NCBI GenBank assembly: GCA_964016885.1 | Contig: OZ024742.1 | Location: 33,356,001 to 33,420,000 of the forward strand | DNA from: Eledone cirrhosa | Taxonomy: Eukaryota | Length of the DNA: 64,000 bases | Direction: 5' to 3' | Part shown: in pieces, positions 63,764 to 64,000 of the stretch | Numbering within the stretch: position 1 is the stretch's first letter | Layout: every line of letters starts with the position of its first letter | Notes under the pieces: model-generated | What the model was told of the DNA's origin: nothing | The model's input: only the letters and a program-made list of their open reading frames with translations | Databases searched by the model: none | Translations under genes and position numbers: made by a program

Positions 63764-64000
63764 TCACACACAACACACATATATATTTACATACACATAT
63801 CTTACGGCTTTCACACGCTAACGCACCCTCTTGATTTAACCCATTTGGTCAGTAGCTTTTGCCACAGCTTATCACGCGCACGCGCATTCTTTCCCTCGTT
63901 TAAATTTTAAATATTTTTCTCCCCATAACGGCATTCCTGTCTTAACGACATCACCACTTTCTCCGCTTGGCCTGTTTTCCCCCCTTTTGGAACTTTTCCC

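Larger units (their letters stand above)
62280..64000 (-). mobile_element. Penelope-like retroelement (PLE), 5'-truncated, with inverted copy of its 3' region
   Basis: GIY-YIG ORF 63381-63763; 62768-63004 is repeated inverted at 63762-64000 (runs off the window); left boundary approximate. Confidence 0.85.

Overview
AT-rich, repeat-dense animal genomic DNA. The SINE and LINE families suggest an octopus or other coleoid cephalopod (inference, no database search run). Two host genes lie head-to-head. (1) On the minus strand, a His/Gln-rich first coding exon at 28315-28871 ends in ...HIFDAIKNG, probably the start of an ankyrin-repeat protein (Patsas/ZDHHC-type palmitoyltransferase is the best guess); 1-28 kb is then probably intron. 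(2) On the plus strand, six clean GT-AG exons (53315-59668) encode the N-terminal part of a fatty-acid amide hydrolase (FAAH1/amidase signature family), which continues beyond the window. Everything else is mobile DNA: a nested RTE-in-RTE LINE pair whose RTs carry an inserted PHD finger (16.3-22.6 kb), a near full-length Tx1/L1-clade LINE inserted in a GATA microsatellite with candidate splice signals (45.2-50.8 kb), CR1, RTE-X-like, CRE-like and Helitron fragments, a Penelope-like element with an inverted terminal copy (62.3-64 kb), seven piggyBac-type TTAA MITEs, several SINE families, minisatellites, and at least one hammerhead ribozyme with an intact core (22704-22771). No CRISPR, rRNA or true tRNA gene is seen. 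All assignments come from reading motifs by eye; repeat boundaries are approximate.
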